64,000 nucleotides of DNA. Origin: Octopus vulgaris (Eukaryota). The stretch lies in contig OX597814.1 in NCBI GenBank assembly GCA_951406725.2, positions 15,252,001 to 15,316,000 on the forward strand, written 5' to 3'. The translations under genes and the position numbers were made by a program. This document shows positions 25,491-40,415 of the stretch, piece by piece. The notes under the pieces are model-generated. The model ran no database searches. It saw only the letters and a list, made by a program, of their open reading frames with translations, and was not told the origin of the DNA. How positions within the stretch are numbered: the first letter of the stretch is position 1; every line of letters begins with the position of its first letter.

Positions 25491-27749
25491 TATATATATG
25501 TATATACACACATACATACGTGTGTGTTTGTGTGTATGTATAAATGCATGTGCGTATGTATAAATATTTCTAGCTTAAAAGATATTGATTGAACGAAGGA
25601 GATAATTGATTAATCGAATTATCGAATTATATGGTACACGTGGTTGCTTATCTTCTGTTGTTATTGAAAGAGAATATTTTGAATGATGGAAATATTTGAC
25701 CAAGTTGGAACAAGGTAAACTTTGATTTATCGAATTATCTGGCTTGATATTATTCTTATACGAAGCTATTTTACATTTTTCTTTATTTATTTCTTTTACT
25801 CTTCTGAAAACTTCAATTACTAAACACATATAAACTTTGTAAAATACCATTTTGCTTACTCGCAAACTTTTCAAGCCTTTATAGAAATGGAAGAATAAAG
25901 AAATCAAAACTTTCTTATATCCTAAACCGGTAGAAGCAAAGTACGCGCGCGCACACACAAACACATACACGCACACACAAATAAGCACATCAACGCGCAC
26001 ACACAAACACAAATATACAAGCATATAAAATAGTATATAATAAATATCAATATAGATATATATGCTTATTTATATTTATATATAGATTACACAAATTGAA
26101 TTATATATATATATATATATATATATACATACATATACATACATATTTACAGACATATTTATAGACAGATAGATATTTATCACTGGGGCAAAATGATCAA
26201 TATCGAACTCGTATGAAACACCTCGTGAGTGATTACCTGTTCTAGAATCCCCTGTGTCGAAATATACTCCGAATGAAAACCTGAAAATCGTTTGTATTCT
26301 TGTCTTCTACTCAATCATGGGCCCTCTGGGATGAAACGCTTCTATTTGAAAAGTGTATGCAGTACTGTGCTTACTTCACTCTCTGTAATCGATTTCAAGT
26401 ACAGAAACGTCTTAGAAAATATACTATGTATAGATTCTTGAAAATATACTATATAGTTTTCGAGCTCTGCCTGCTGGTGGAACCTGCAGGCCTGTTCTGC
26501 TTGAGGTATGAGTAACAATGAGACTCAGTAAGCTAGCCAGTGTAGAAGCCTCTGTATCTTCACTGTACCTTGCGTAAATATCAACTAAATCACTTTCACA
26601 GTTACAATGAGGGAATGTTCATGGTCAAGCATAAGGATGAAGCACCCTTCCTTCCCCGAGCCCCGTAGATTCATAAAGGCCAATTTCCAGGCTTTCGTGG
26701 CGTGTGTGTGTTTACTCCCTGGATGAGACGCCCGTCCCCCGCAGGATTATTCATTACTTCCAACTGACTGGACTGGAGCAATGTCAAAGTGCTTTGCTCA
26801 CGAACGCAAGCCATCTCGAACCATGAATTGAAACCATGACCATGTGTCTAACGCCTTAAGTACTAAGCCACACGCCTCTGCCATGCTCATTGTTGCTTTG
26901 TCTTTAATCTCAATTTTGTCCGGTCAGGGTGATTCTGGGACGAAAATTACGACAAAATATTGGATTCAATTTTAACATTGATTCCTTCAGAGAAAGTTAT
27001 TAATTCATTAATTGACAAATGATAGACTCTTCTATTGTATATACCCGTAACCTCCCGCCCACACATTCGGCATTATTATAATCATTTAAGTAAAATGAAT
27101 ATTTAATAATCTGTATATTGTGAAAGACAACGCTTGACTGAATAAGTAATTTTTTCACATATTTATTCAAACGTCCATCCTATATTTCTCAAATCATCCC
27201 TTCATAACACGCTTCATGAGAATTTACACAGTTACCTAAGAGAGTTTACAAACTAATCAAAAAGATCAATGATGTAAATGTACATAAAAATAGGAATACA
27301 AGACCTGTTACAAAAATAATATGCTCCTGAGGGTTTAATATTCGCTGAAATTTTCGGATATTACAGTATTATTACTCAACTCTTGGCTTCACACAGGTTA
27401 TTGAAAAATATATTAAACTTAAAATATAAGCGTCATGTTTTCTGAGTTGTGTTTGCACGAAGCATCGCGCGACATGAATTATTTAACCAAAAATTTTTAA
27501 GTGATATTTATATCTCAATAATATTACACTGTAATAATATTTATGTAATACTTTCAGAAAATTTTCTCGTCGTATTTTCATACTTATTTTGAGATATTAA
27601 GTCATCTGTATTTTCTCATGTTTAATGTATGGGAACTCGTGCATTCACATTTAATATTGCGCACAATATTTGCATTAAGTACTTTCTGACTTTACAGAAA
27701 TATATCTTTTATTCGTATTATTATAAAATTCCCATATCCAAGGGACTGT

Positions 27750-28856
27750 TTGTGTTCACATTAAATCATATTCCGTTGCTGGCGTTGCATCAAACCTCGA
27801 CCAGGCACCTATCTTCATTTGCATCTTGCGCAGTTTGCTGAAAAATAGTAGGAAATGAGATTCCATATGCTCGAAAGATGCAAAGAATATTTATCTTTCC
27901 TTCATCTCATATTCTTAAAGGAATATTAGAAATAATTGTCTAACATATACTTATTTTCCGATTACTCCCAGGAAAAGTGGTTCCGTAACTCAAAGAAATT
28001 GTGATTTCTTTCAAAATTTATAACTCACATAAAACATTGTGTATTTTGAGTATCACTTACTGCTGTACATCTCAGTGCATATTACACTTGGGTATAACTA
28101 CTAATAGGTATTTGACCTTTACATCTTTCATTCGCGATCAAGCTTGTTAAATTCAAACTTTTGAATAAATACATTTTTCTTTATTCAGCGTTTGAGTATC
28201 TTTCTTCATTGTTATTTGATTTCTCTATAGAAACGATTCTTTACATTTGAAGTACATTCTTGTGTCTAAATCCAGCAAACACGTTCCGCTATATAACTCT
28301 TCTCAAGCATAAGCGAAAATGCACCAATTTCAACTGATATAATAGCTTCTCATTAACATGGAAGATATGTTCGGCTCTAAAAGCTTTCCCGAATATCGCA
28401 CAATATTCTTTCTAAACTACTACGACTATTATAATATGTGTAGCTCTTCGACTGTAACAGAATCTTTATTCAAAGCATCAGATCTTTCCTATCTTGATAA
28501 TTCATGAACTTAATTTATTTTATGAATTTTAATCGGGCATTTCAGTTATATACCTAGCCGCTGATTTGAACTGAGACCATTTGTTGATGTGCAACTGTAG
28601 GTATATGCATAATACATTCTAAAAATGTATTATCGTATATATACACCTTCACATCCAGCAAGTTTACCATCATCAATTCACGTTATTTTTTGGCGTTTTT
28701 TTAATTAAAAATAGTTTTTAACTATTAATTGTAAGATACTATGGATATATGTTTTTGATAACACTTTCCCCGCGGTGAACTTTCTTCTCGATGAACTTTT
28801 TTTCACAGTGAATTCTCCTGTGGTGAATTGAGGACAGTGAAATTACCCGTAATCAT
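27750..28856 (-). mobile_element. Highly decayed DNA-transposon-like region (MULE-like, tentative)
   Basis: About 15-bp GGTGAA(C/T)TT subterminal repeats ending attacccgtaatc at 28765-28854; fragmentary coding-like sequence to the left. Confidence 0.25.
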
Positions 28857-29739
28857 ACATCCAAGCCACTTACTCAATTTCACGTTCATACAGTAGATTT
28901 TTCAAATTGTTTAGTCAAGAGAAAAGGTAAAATCCGTTATACTTTAACAGGGCCACCGAGAATTTTATCAACAAAATAGGAATTTACTCATGAAGAGGAG
29001 AACTAGACCGATAGCTTGGAGCAGGTAGGACTCTGCTAATAAAAGCAAAGTTGTTAAGTGCTGGGCATAAACTGGGCAATCGATTACATCAACCGCCCAA
29101 GTAAGAAATACCTAGAATTGAATTAGCAAAGAGTTTTAATTACCGTGAGGCGTCCAATCGGAGGCTGTCATAGTCACTGCAATCCACCTCCATGGATTGG
29201 TATCAATTTATTGACCCTGAAAAGATGAAAGGTAAAGTTCACATCGGCAGTCTTTGTATTCCAGTATCAATGGCATTATCCTATATAGCACCATTGCAAA
29301 GGTAAACAGAAATTGGTGTAACTGAATATATATATTATTAGAATTGTTATCGAAGCTATTATCTATCTCAAATTTTTGCCTCTCATTTTTTTTGTATTTC
29401 TCCGTATAAACACAAGCTTCTATCTGTTGGACATTACTATTCTCTTGCTTTTTTCAAATACCTTAGTACAACCTACAGTTCGAATCTTGTACTTCTCATT
29501 TTAGAGGTTGTTACAAAATAAAATTTGTACTTGCTTCTAATTTAGATTCAAGTTCAATAGCTTTTGAGGGCGGAGAGGCAGTCAACACCATCGAACTCAG
29601 TATTTGCTCGGCACTTTATTTTATTGTCTATGAAAGGATGAAAGGTAAAGTCGCATTTGAGTTGTTTTGAACTCAAAACGTAAATAATCGAAAGCAATGC
29701 TGCTAACGATTCTGACAGCCCATCGCATTTCGTTACCTT

Positions 29740-29779
29740 AATAATGATAAAAATAATGATGATGATGATGATGATGATG

Positions 29780-29870
<91 letters not shown>

Positions 29871-29902
29871 TAAAAATAATGATGATGATGATGATGATGA
29901 TG

Positions 29903-29975
<73 letters not shown>

Positions 29976-30556
29976 GTTGCCCTGATGCAGTAAGTTGCCC
30001 TGATACAGTACCAGGCAGTGGCTCTCATGGCTTCTGATCTTAACTGATTGGAAGTGTTATCATGTACATTGTTTTGTCTTGGTATAAAAGATGGGCTACA
30101 GCAAATATTCTGCTCAATACCACAGATTTGCTTGTCGGTTCTTTGACCTTAACCAGTTGAGCATGTCCCTTAGTGGCTGACGATATGTGCATCTCTGATC
30201 ACGAGCAGAAGTAATGGGGGGGGGGGGCATCATAGCCATGTGTTGAGAGGGATTCTTTGGGGTTTGAATAATTCACCTCTGGAAACATGGGTGTTTCATT
30301 TAACATCCTTAAACAACCCTTAATCAGGGGCCTTTTGAGTGGGGTGGGTTACCCAACCAGAAGAAAATTCTAACTGGGCCCCACCCGCAAGGTCATGCGC
30401 TGTTTATCTTGTTATGAGATCACCATGTCGTGCACATATGGTTGTGATGCATGTGCCTGGTGTACCCATATCAGACGAGTAGTCATGATGGGTATACTGA
30501 GCTTCGTATATTTGTATCCCAGTGTCACTTTGATGGCATGCACTGCTCTCTCACTC

Positions 30557-30599
<43 letters not shown>

Positions 30600-30737
30600 G
30601 TACAACACCAAAAAAAAAAACAAATATATGGCACACTAGGCATAACAACAACATGAACTGCCAACCTGTTGTCTCTTGAGGTCTCTGGGTGAGACTTGGA
30701 GCCAACTTGTACAAATATAAAGCAAAAGTCAAACATA

Positions 30738-30806
<69 letters not shown>

Positions 30807-30829
30807 TAATAATAATAATGATAATAATG

Positions 30830-30891
<62 letters not shown>

Positions 30892-31015
30892 TATAGTAAT
30901 AATAATAAATTACAATAATAATAATAATAATAATAGTAATAATAATAAATAACAATAATAATAGTAATAATAGTAATAATAATAAATAACAATAATAATA
31001 ATAATAATAATAATT
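29740..31015. repeat. (AAT)n/(GAT)n array interrupted by two retroelement-like inserts (29975-30556, 30599-30738)
   Basis: Unique segments with (AAT)n on both sides; 18-bp tandem duplication aagttgccctgat(g/a)cagt at the 5' edge of the first. Confidence 0.75.
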
Positions 31016-32207
31016 AGAACGGTATATAAAAAATGTTGTAGAGCTACTGAAGAAAACAGCCTAGGATGGTATATAGCAAACGCCGTGGAGCCTCTGAAGG
31101 AAACAGTCTAGGGTGGTATATAAAAATGCTGTGGAGTCACTGAGGAAAACAGCCTGGAGTGGTACATAAAAAAAGGCGTGGAGCCACTGAGGAAAGCAGC
31201 CTAGGGTGGTATATAAAAATGACGTGGAGTCGTAGAGGAAAATAGCCTAGGGTGGTATATATTAAGAATGCCGTGGAAACACACGAAGAAGGCCGGCGTC
31301 ATCAAAGCTGAACATTGCGTAACTAAAGAAAAATTCAAGCAAGAAATGAAGAAAAAATAGAAAATGCATGGAAGGAAAAAATGTACGGTCAGTTTTCAAG
31401 AGATGTGAACGCCAAGACAGATACAGAGGACCGGTGGCTATGGATGAGGAGGAATGACCTGAAGATAGAGACGGAAGCCCTCATAGGCGCAGATCAGGAA
31501 CAAGCGTTAAGAACCAATTATATGATGTGCATAATTGACAACATTACAGATAGCGACAAATGCAGAATGTGTGGTGATGGGGTTGAAACGGTAGTCCACA
31601 TCGTTAGCGAATACACACAATTAGCACAACGCGAATACAAACGACACCATGACAATGTGGCATGGACGATCCATTGGGAGCTCTGTGGAAAACACAGGCT
31701 ACAAAGAGCAAAAACGTGGTATGAACAAACCCCAGAAGGAGTCAACGAAAATGAGGGCTGCAAAATCCTTTAGGATGTAATGATCCAGTGCGATCAACTG
31801 GCCAGACAACGGAAACCAGACATTGTTGTGGTAAATAAAGAAGAAAGAACATGTATGATTATCGACATAGCATGCCCCAGTGATAGTAAGATCAATGTGA
31901 AAGAAGAAAAAATAAACACCTATTACGATTTAAAGGGGGAAATACGAAGGTTGTGGTGAATGAAGAGAGAAGATGTGATACCAATAGCAAATGGTGACCT
32001 TGGAAGCATCAGCTCTCAAGTACCAGCATGTCTGTAAAAGATCGGTGCAAGTGTGAACACCTACAAAAAATTAGCATTGCTTGGAACTGCAAGAATTCTT
32101 CGCAAGGGTTCTTGAAGCATGACCAGTAAACAAGTGTCACCTTATTCTGCTGGCTATGGACAGCTGGCACTTTCCATCATACCCAGCAACATAAGTTGTG
32201 AGTCTTC

Positions 32208-32208
<1 letters not shown>
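31016..32208 (+). mobile_element. 5'-truncated R4/Dong-clade non-LTR retrotransposon (CCHC + restriction-like endonuclease), pseudogenised
   Basis: LKIETEALIGADQEQALRT, CRMC..ETVVHIVSE, YKRHHDNVA, KPDIVVV..IIDIACP; ends in (AAT)n, the known Dong target. Confidence 0.9.
31021..31280 (+). repeat. Tandem repeat of about 46 bp, about 5.5 diverged units
   Basis: ggtatataaaaatgccgtggagccactgaggaaaacagcctagggt-like units. Confidence 0.85.
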
Positions 32209-32261
<53 letters not shown>

Positions 32262-32407
32262 TGATGATGACGAAGATGACGATGATTATTTCTTGTATTG
32301 GTTACAAGGGCTCGAGACACGGGGGACAGTATCGAAGGACGAGTTACATTACACACACACAAACACACACACAAGCAAACACAAACAAATACTCATACAC
32401 AAGCAAA

Positions 32408-32441
<34 letters not shown>

Positions 32442-33798
32442 TAATAATAATGGTTACTAAGCAAATGTTTGAACTTCTGTAAGTAAGAAGAAACAGTACA
32501 GCCTCCCTATTTTATGTTCTTCCCTTCAATTGCTTTATCGGAAATGGAACAAAACAAAATAAAATCGTTTTTAAATCGTTTACACTCTTCTGTCCTGCAT
32601 TATTTTGACTCATGCATATTGCGAGGCACAATTTCATAAGAATCAAAAACATAAGATGATTCATTTAGTGTATGTCCACACGCATAATATATACTTCAAG
32701 AGCCTGACGTTTTCATTAATTTACCATTTATTGTACATAATTTGTAATTTTTTATGTAGAAGTGTTTCATGACAGTTTGTTGTCAGTGGTGTACCTAAAG
32801 ACGTTTAGTAGATATGATTTACCGTCATAAAAACTTATTTACAGAAGCCATTTATTGATTAGTAGTCGATATAGATTTGCGAGTATATGATAATCTTAAG
32901 GTTTCATTAAATGTTTCTGTGATTGACAGCTTAACATATTTCATGGTAAGTACACGGCCATTCTTTAAACGAAATTAGTGATTGGCAATTTTTTTAGTAT
33001 TCGTAAAATTTCGTTCATTTTCGATATTTATCACGGATTATGTATGTGAGAACTCTGTTACATTTTAGCACATTTTAGAATAGGAATCTAACACGGTACA
33101 GCATATTATTGCTATATTTTTAATTGGTTCAACTTTATCTGTTTAGAGAATACAAGCTAGATATAAAGTACATCCTAAGTACGATTGTTTAGGATGAAAA
33201 ATTTCAGTAAATTGTAGCAAATTACATCACCGATCATAAAACTTGATAATTTATCATATTGTTTGATGAGCAGTACGATTAATGACTAGTACAGCTATCT
33301 TAATTTGAAAAACTTTTGACATTATGCGTTGCTAATCTACATTAGCACATTTTCTGAAGCTGCATATATACATCAGCACTAGAGTTTTCTCAATCTGCTT
33401 GATATAGAAGTCACATATCATTTTAAATCACAATCTGTCATCTCAGAAAAATAGAATAACACACTGGGTAATATAATCCCGGATTTACGTTACCTGACCC
33501 AAAACGACGTTTCGACAAGTCAGGAACGTCGTTATTTATATATATATACATGTTCAAAGTAGGCTGATATTAATGAAATCATTCTAATTTGATAAGTACT
33601 GAACAAGAGAAGCATGCCACGCCATGTAGAGAAACTTACAGAAACACATACACTGACGGACAAGTATGTGCATACACAAACACGCACTTACGCAATCACG
33701 CGCGCACGCGTGTATTAGCGCAATATTCATTCTAGTTTCTGCATTGAATTCTTTGCCTAAAAGTGTAGTTTGCCCGTCTTTTTAAACAACAATTTACA

Positions 33799-34205
33799 TA
33801 CTCTTTACTCTTTTACGTGTTTCATTCATTTGACTGTGGCCATGCTGGAGCACCGCCTTTAGTCGAGCAAATCGACCCCAGGACTTATTCTTTGTAAGCC
33901 TAGTACTTATTCTATCGGTCTATTTTGCCGAACCGCTATGTTACGGGGACGTAAACACACCAGAATTCAGTTGTCAAGCGATGTTGGGGGGACAAACAGA
34001 GACACACAAACATATACACACACGTACATATATACATATATACGACGGGCTTCTTTCAGTTTCCGTCGCCCAAATCCAATTATAAGGCTTTGGTCGGCCC
34101 TAGGCTATAGTAGAAGACACATACCTAAGGTACCACGCAGTGGTACTGAACCCGGAACCATGTGGTTGGTAAGCAAGTTACTTACTACACAGCCACTCCT
34201 GCGCC
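33799..34205 (-). mobile_element. tRNA-derived SINE, family B (about 400 bp, internal microsatellite)
   Basis: Minus strand GGCGCAGGAGTGGCTGTGTAGTAAG...GGTTCAGTACCACTGCGTGG; (AAGAGTA)n-like tail. Confidence 0.85.
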
Positions 34206-34244
<39 letters not shown>

Positions 34245-34286
34245 CATGCACGCATACATACATACATACATACATACATACATACA

Positions 34287-34320
<34 letters not shown>

Positions 34321-34432
34321 CATACATACATACATTATTATAGGGAAAGAGAAATGGAGGAGAGAAAGAGACAGACCGACAGAGTGGAAGAATAAACATT
34401 CGTTTGATATATTTTGACCAGGAAGAACACAC

Positions 34433-34720
34433 CTTGTGTACAAAGATTTACTAAATTCAGCCATATTACTATCGCCTGTAATACTCTTTACTGTTACTAG
34501 TGTCTGACACTCAAGAATAAATAGACTATATGAAGGATCAATAAATCTAGTTTCTATTTTTTCCGTTTCTCCCCTTTATTTCTGAGATCTTAGAAAACTT
34601 CGGTAATATTCTGACAGTAACAGCATTTCAAAGAGCTTCCCGGAAATCTAAACGTTTTCAACTGCTTCGTCCATAACTGATACGTCTTAACTATCAGTAG
34701 AATCCTTTACGTAGATTCTT
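34433..34720 (-). CDS. Candidate exon, 288 nt, with TAA (34687), TAG (34648) and TAA (34576)
   Basis: tttttttctatag|A...AG|gtgtgt; phase 2->2, compatible with the 36453 donor. Confidence 0.45.
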
Positions 34721-35094
34721 CTATAGAAAAAAGGATAGCAGAAGGTACAACCAAACTAAAACAGGAAATATAAATCTTTTATCGTCGATTGTTTCTTATT
34801 GTATGCATTATTTTAAACCGTTTGGAATCTAAAACGTTTTTTTATGTAGTAATGTTTAAAAGTAGTTCGTCGTTTTATGAAAGCAGTCATGAGTAATGTG
34901 CGTGTGTGGTTTGTGTGTGTGTGTGTGTGTGTGTGTGCCTGTCTGTTCGTGTGCGCGGGAGCGTGTGCACAAGTGTGTGTGTGTATGTGTGCGTGCGTGT
35001 GTGTGATCCCCAAAACACACAAAAAATAACATACAGTGGAGGTAAAAGAAGAACAAATGGAAAGTCTTAAGCGTTTCGAGCGTAACATACTATA

Positions 35095-35144
<50 letters not shown>

Positions 35145-35164
35145 ATATATATATATGTGTGTTA

Positions 35165-35515
35165 TTTTTGAAAAGTAAAAATCATTTTGCATTATGTAGC
35201 TTCTTTATTCTCTTTAAGTGAATGTTTTTTTCTGGTTGAAATACACCGAAAAATGGCGACACAGCAGCAAAACATCGTTTAAAAAAATAGGGATTTTCAT
35301 AGAAATAAAGCACCTTTTTGATGTGAATAAGTTTTGGTCTTAACATGGTCCGATTTGAATTTTTTCTGCTACGGAATGAAGAGCAAGCCTTTTTCTATCA
35401 TACCCTCAATTTTGGTCAACTTGCGCAGCAGGGTCTTGGAGGAGATAGTGTTAGTTGAAGGCTACCAAACCTGCCACACACACACAGACAACTTCAGCTT
35501 TATATATATATATAT
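35165..35515 (-). mobile_element. Partial non-autonomous Helitron (5' part)
   Basis: Terminus cacagacaacttcagctttatatata resembles the ends at 39275 and 50954. Confidence 0.5.
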
Positions 35516-36452
35516 TACTTATGGCATTAAGCACAATTAGATACTTAGTTCTATAAAATGAAACCATGCCTTTCATAGTACCAGCTAATAGCAATATCAA
35601 TTAGTATATCTTGTTTATACTATTCATGCCATCGGTTTAGTTAAGTGTTTTCGTAATATTGGTTAGAATTATGTTTTGCGTAGGTGGTAGCGGGGCTTTT
35701 CTTCTTTAAAAATGCTTTGCTTACAGGAAATGTTAGAATCTCGTATTCTTCGTTCTGTTTATGCTTCCTAAACAATGTGCAGATGGGGCTGCTTTTATTA
35801 ATCAATGTAAAATATCTTATTATTATTCTTTTCTGTTTTCGGTGTATTAAAAAGACACTGCAATGAATTGCTAATCAATTCTATGGAGATCAATATCGCA
35901 GGAATTGATTTTTCTCTGTCATGACTGTATAACAACCTTTTTCTTAAATATTTTTTTAGCCCGTCTCCTTAAAAGCAAAAATACTCTTCGCAATAGACAG
36001 CGCGGTGTGAAGAAAAACATTACTTCCTTTATCTAAAATAAAATTAAAGTAAAAGCAATCCTCTCTTATTGTTTGGAATTGACTGATGTTCCATTTTGTT
36101 ATCTTTTATTGAGTATTTCTTTCCCATCTCCTGATGGGTCTTCACTTTGTCTCTGTCTTTCAGAATGTCTGTCTGCCCCATGCTCTCTCTATCATATCCA
36201 CTCTTTAAATCACTCTTTCTCATTTCATCTATAGCTATTTGCTGAGTTTATATTCTTATTCATATAGTTGAAGTGAATCATTGATTAGCCCGTTGCACCC
36301 TCTTTCTCTTTTTAAGTCTAACGAAAATGTTATTGTTCACGAATGCATATAATTAATAAAAATATTTTGGAAAGTGTAAAGTGTTCTCTTGATACATTCA
36401 CGCACAAACGCATACAAACACATACATGCTTCGTGCTCACCGTTATACATAC

Positions 36453-36754
36453 GCATTTCTTGCTAAAGTGGGTCGGACAGTTGTTATGGTCGAATTTACT
36501 TGATTCGTAGCAACCTCCTTCATATACAGCGTATGGGGGACAAGATTCACTTGCACGTTTTTCTTTTTGTTTCGTTTTCTCACAGTTGGATACCCTTTCT
36601 ACCACAAAACATTTCATATTATGCACTGTGAGTTTATCGTGGGCCCCAGTACTAGAAAGTTTGCCACATCCTTGATAAGAGTAAATGATATTTTAACCAA
36701 TGCTCTATCTATGAATATGCCAACAATTTTACATGGTGTTTTGGCTTTATTTTG
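36453..36754 (-). CDS. Exon, 302 nt, TGA (36614-36616) and TAG (36599-36601)
   Basis: tttttgtgtcatag|CAA...GC|gtatgt; phase 0->2; ...LVLGPTINSQCII*NVLW*KGYPTVRK... Confidence 0.55.
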
Positions 36755-37079
36755 CTATGACACAAAAATTAATGATGTCGCCTTGTATTCTCTCAGATTG
36801 TAGAGTTCTCTCGTTCCACTATCGCGTTAGTTCAAGTTATCCACCGAGAAACTAAATAGTAGGGTCACTAATGACAGAAACCGCAAAATTCGAAAACCTG
36901 TTAGTAGAAAAAGAGTGATGATTGTAAGTAGGTGACAGTATGAGAGAGAGAGTACCAATCTTAGTTTCACCACCAGCAAATTATAGTGACGAGAAGAGAG
37001 GAAAAAGGAATGAGTGATAGGAGGACGATATGTTTTCTTATTTCCTCTGCAAGACATAATATCATAAGATCAGTCTTCT

Positions 37080-38150
37080 CTATTTAATCCTATGTCTTCC
37101 GGTTTAACCATCTCCCATATTTTCTTTGAAATTTGAGCGCCTTTTGAGGTTTCTTATACAGCTATCATATATACATACTCAGCACATGCCCATACTAACA
37201 GAGTCCTCCCGCTTGTAAAATATATCTGATTCCTTCTTTGCACATTTTTCTCTTTGTTCATATTTCCCTCTTTCTAAATTATATATCTATCAGAGTATGC
37301 TATCATAATTATTTCATAGTCTTCGCAAATCTTCTGCAGTTCATGTACAAATAACATACACTCTACTTTTCACTCTGAGAGAGAAACCCTCTGTAGCTAG
37401 TATAAGTAAAAACACCCTGAACTTCTTATCTAATTTTATTCTGGCTACCATACTTTCGGTAATGTGATTTCTCCTAGGTCTGAAATGTCTTCTCTAATTC
37501 TACCCCCAAATTCACTTATAGGAACTAGGTCATCGGTATATAAGCGTTTCCTCTGAAAGACAGCCTTAAGATGCTCTGTCATGCCCTAGATATATGTGAT
37601 GAGTAAAAGTGGCGAATTTAACCTGCAGGCAGAAGCCCTGATGGTCTCTTACCTTCACACTAAAACTCGTTGCGGTGCATAATGCTAAATTGATTGCTAA
37701 ATTTGCTTGCTGATCGATAATTCTCTACATGGCTTCTTCTGTTCTCATAAACCATTCATAAAACGTTGGTTTCATAGGGACTCACAGATAACAGAATGTG
37801 TAATCCAGTCGAAGGCATGTTTTAAATCTGCAGACTCAATGTTTATATCCTTATTGTCTTCATGCTAAGTATTCCATTCATTTTCTCACTATAAATATGG
37901 CAACAGTAGTGCCTTTTCATGGCACAAAACCAAACTGCATCTCATCTAGATAAATAACGATTTAATTAATTCGGCTTGATCTCTTTCATAATCTTGTCCA
38001 GTAATTTGGTATTTCTTCAGTTTTCCAATCCTTTGTTTTTATAGCGACAACAGTAATTTTCTGCATGATACTTGATTTTATTCTGTAACTATGTAGGTGA
38101 CTGATCCGTATCCTATTTCGTCAGATACTCTACGCTTTTTCGGTGGTAAT
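37080..38150 (-). mobile_element. Decayed RTE-like LINE reverse transcriptase
   Basis: MQFGFVP*KGTTVAIFIVR (about 37940), ADLKHAFD (about 37830), LYTDDL (about 37540). Confidence 0.75.
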
Positions 38151-38977
38151 TTTCTAAGGACTAACTGCTTCGCTTTAGTTATCTCCGTTGGGGTTTTGAA
38201 GTGGACTCTTTCTCTCTCTTCCCCATTCTCTCTCTCAGACTCATGCTTCCATGAATTTCCACATTGAAGGTATTAACATATCCATGTCTCTTTTCGGTGT
38301 CTGTGAATGCAAGTGTACCGTGATTATTCTCTTCAGACTTCTCTGCTATAGCTCCAAAATGCTTAGCGTACAGAATCAAGTCTTATCCCTGCCCCTCACG
38401 TCACTGAACAATAGCAGGCCTCTCACTTTCTACCTTGGTTATTCCTAGGTATACCCCACATCTAACCTCTCTTCCAACTGTTTCTCATTCCCTTCAAGGC
38501 CTGTATCTTAGCTTTTATGACTACATCTGCAGTTCTATTTCCTCTTCTGCCTTGCTGAGACCTTGCACCAATAATATGCTTGGTTTCTACCCTGCAACAT
38601 ATTGTCACAGAAAATCCCAATTTTCCTCCAGTGCTACAAACCTCCAGCGTTCTGTTGTTAATAACGACAAGATTTCTATGAATCGAAAAGCGACGGATGT
38701 GTTTTTCTGTTTCCATCTCTCTCCCACTCTCTCCCACTCTCTCCCACTCCCCATCTCTCTCCCTACCTATGTGTATAAACATATATATATGTACATATGT
38801 TTATTCTGGCTTCTAACGCTCTCGGATCTACACCGTAATCCATTGCTTTCACGGCAATAAGAGAATGCTCTTGGTTTCAATAATTCCAATGAATTCCGTC
38901 ACTTTGTGACAGCACCGTATAAATAGATAAGCATTTTCTTCTACCCTGATAAATATGCAGTCAAATTTTAGGAATTA

Positions 38978-39275
38978 CTAGCAGTATCGCCCGGTGTTGC
39001 TCGGGTTTGTAAGGGAAATAACTATATAAGCATTTTTAGAGAGTTATAGCCCTTATATAATAGCAAAGAAAATGCATTAAAATGGAAAAAATTATGGTAA
39101 ATTATTTTAAAAATCGTAGACTCATCGTAGACGCGCGCTAATACCCAGAAGGGCTCGATATGAATCACGACTATAAGATACCCAGTTTTGGTTAAACTGC
39201 ACCGCAAAATGTGGGAGTAGTTAGGAATCTAAATCGTAGGAGACAGACACACAACTTCTCTTTTATATATAAAGA
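38978..39275 (-). mobile_element. Non-autonomous Helitron
   Basis: Minus strand 5' TC, 3' hairpin cccgagcaacaccggg then CTAG; inserted between A and T. Confidence 0.85.
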
Positions 39276-39512
39276 TATCTTATTCGTATTTCATAGAAAT
39301 CGAACGTAATTTATAAAGTCCTGTTTATGAAATCCGAATTTGCTTGTATTTATAAGGTTGCTTGAACCTAAGTGCTCATATATACCGTTCCCATAATAGA
39401 CAGATCAGGTAGCTTTTGAGACAGATCAGGTAGCTTTTGTGTTAAAATACTATTTGGGATGACTTACATAGAAAAAATGTAGACTTCCGACAGTTTAAAC
39501 ATTTTTTTTTTA

Positions 39513-39720
39513 CTTGTTTCAGTCATTTGACTGTGACCATGCTGGAGCAGCACATTTAGTCAAGCAAATCGACCCAGGACTTATTCTTTGTAAGCCTAGT
39601 ACTTATTATTCTATCGGTCTCTTTTGCCGAACCGCTAAATTACGGGTACGTAAACACTCTAGCATCAGTTGTCAAGTGATATTGGGGAGGGGGGGCAAAC
39701 ACAGGCACACAAACACATAG

Positions 39721-39805
<85 letters not shown>

Positions 39806-39978
39806 TACGACGGATTTCTTTCAGTTTCCGTCTACCAAATCCACTCACAAGGCTTTGGTCAGCCCGAGGCTATGATAGAAGACACATGCCCAACATGCCA
39901 ACATGCCACGCAGTGGGACTGAACTCGGAACCATGTGGTTCGTCAGCAAACTACTTACCACACAGCCACTCCTACGCA
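39513..39978 (-). mobile_element. Family B SINE
   Basis: Homologous to 33799-34205. Confidence 0.85.
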
Positions 39979-40415
39979 TATATTGACAATGTTGACATTG
40001 TCCACAAAAATCAAGAATTAATTTCCGATGCCCAGCGCCTTTACTAAGAGATGCACAGATAGAATGATACAGTAGTAACCCATGCGTTTAGATGTGCAAG
40101 ACTGGTCTTTGATTCCGTAAAAAAAAACCGTTAATTGAATCGGGTTCAGATTTCTTACAACATTAACTTTTATGCTGTAGCTTGCGTATGTGAAGAATAT
40201 ATGTTTCCTACTTCATATTTACCATTTTCACTCTTTATGTCTCCGAAGAAAATGTTCTTGGTGAGTCTTTATGGCTTTAAGAGGGGGTGAATTTATAAAA
40301 CTTTTCTAAAATATTATTTATCTCTAACTTCAAACTATCGATGAAAGTCATTGTCCGAAGCGTTATTTATTCTTTCCCTTCACAGCACATTAACATATCC
40401 CTTTTTACATTTTTA

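Noticed and set aside
25575-26024. 149-aa minus-strand ORF
   Set aside because: It starts in a microsatellite and has no convincing splice boundaries or motif.
31021-31280. CRISPR-like array
   Set aside because: There are no unique spacers; whole units repeat; context is a eukaryotic LINE.
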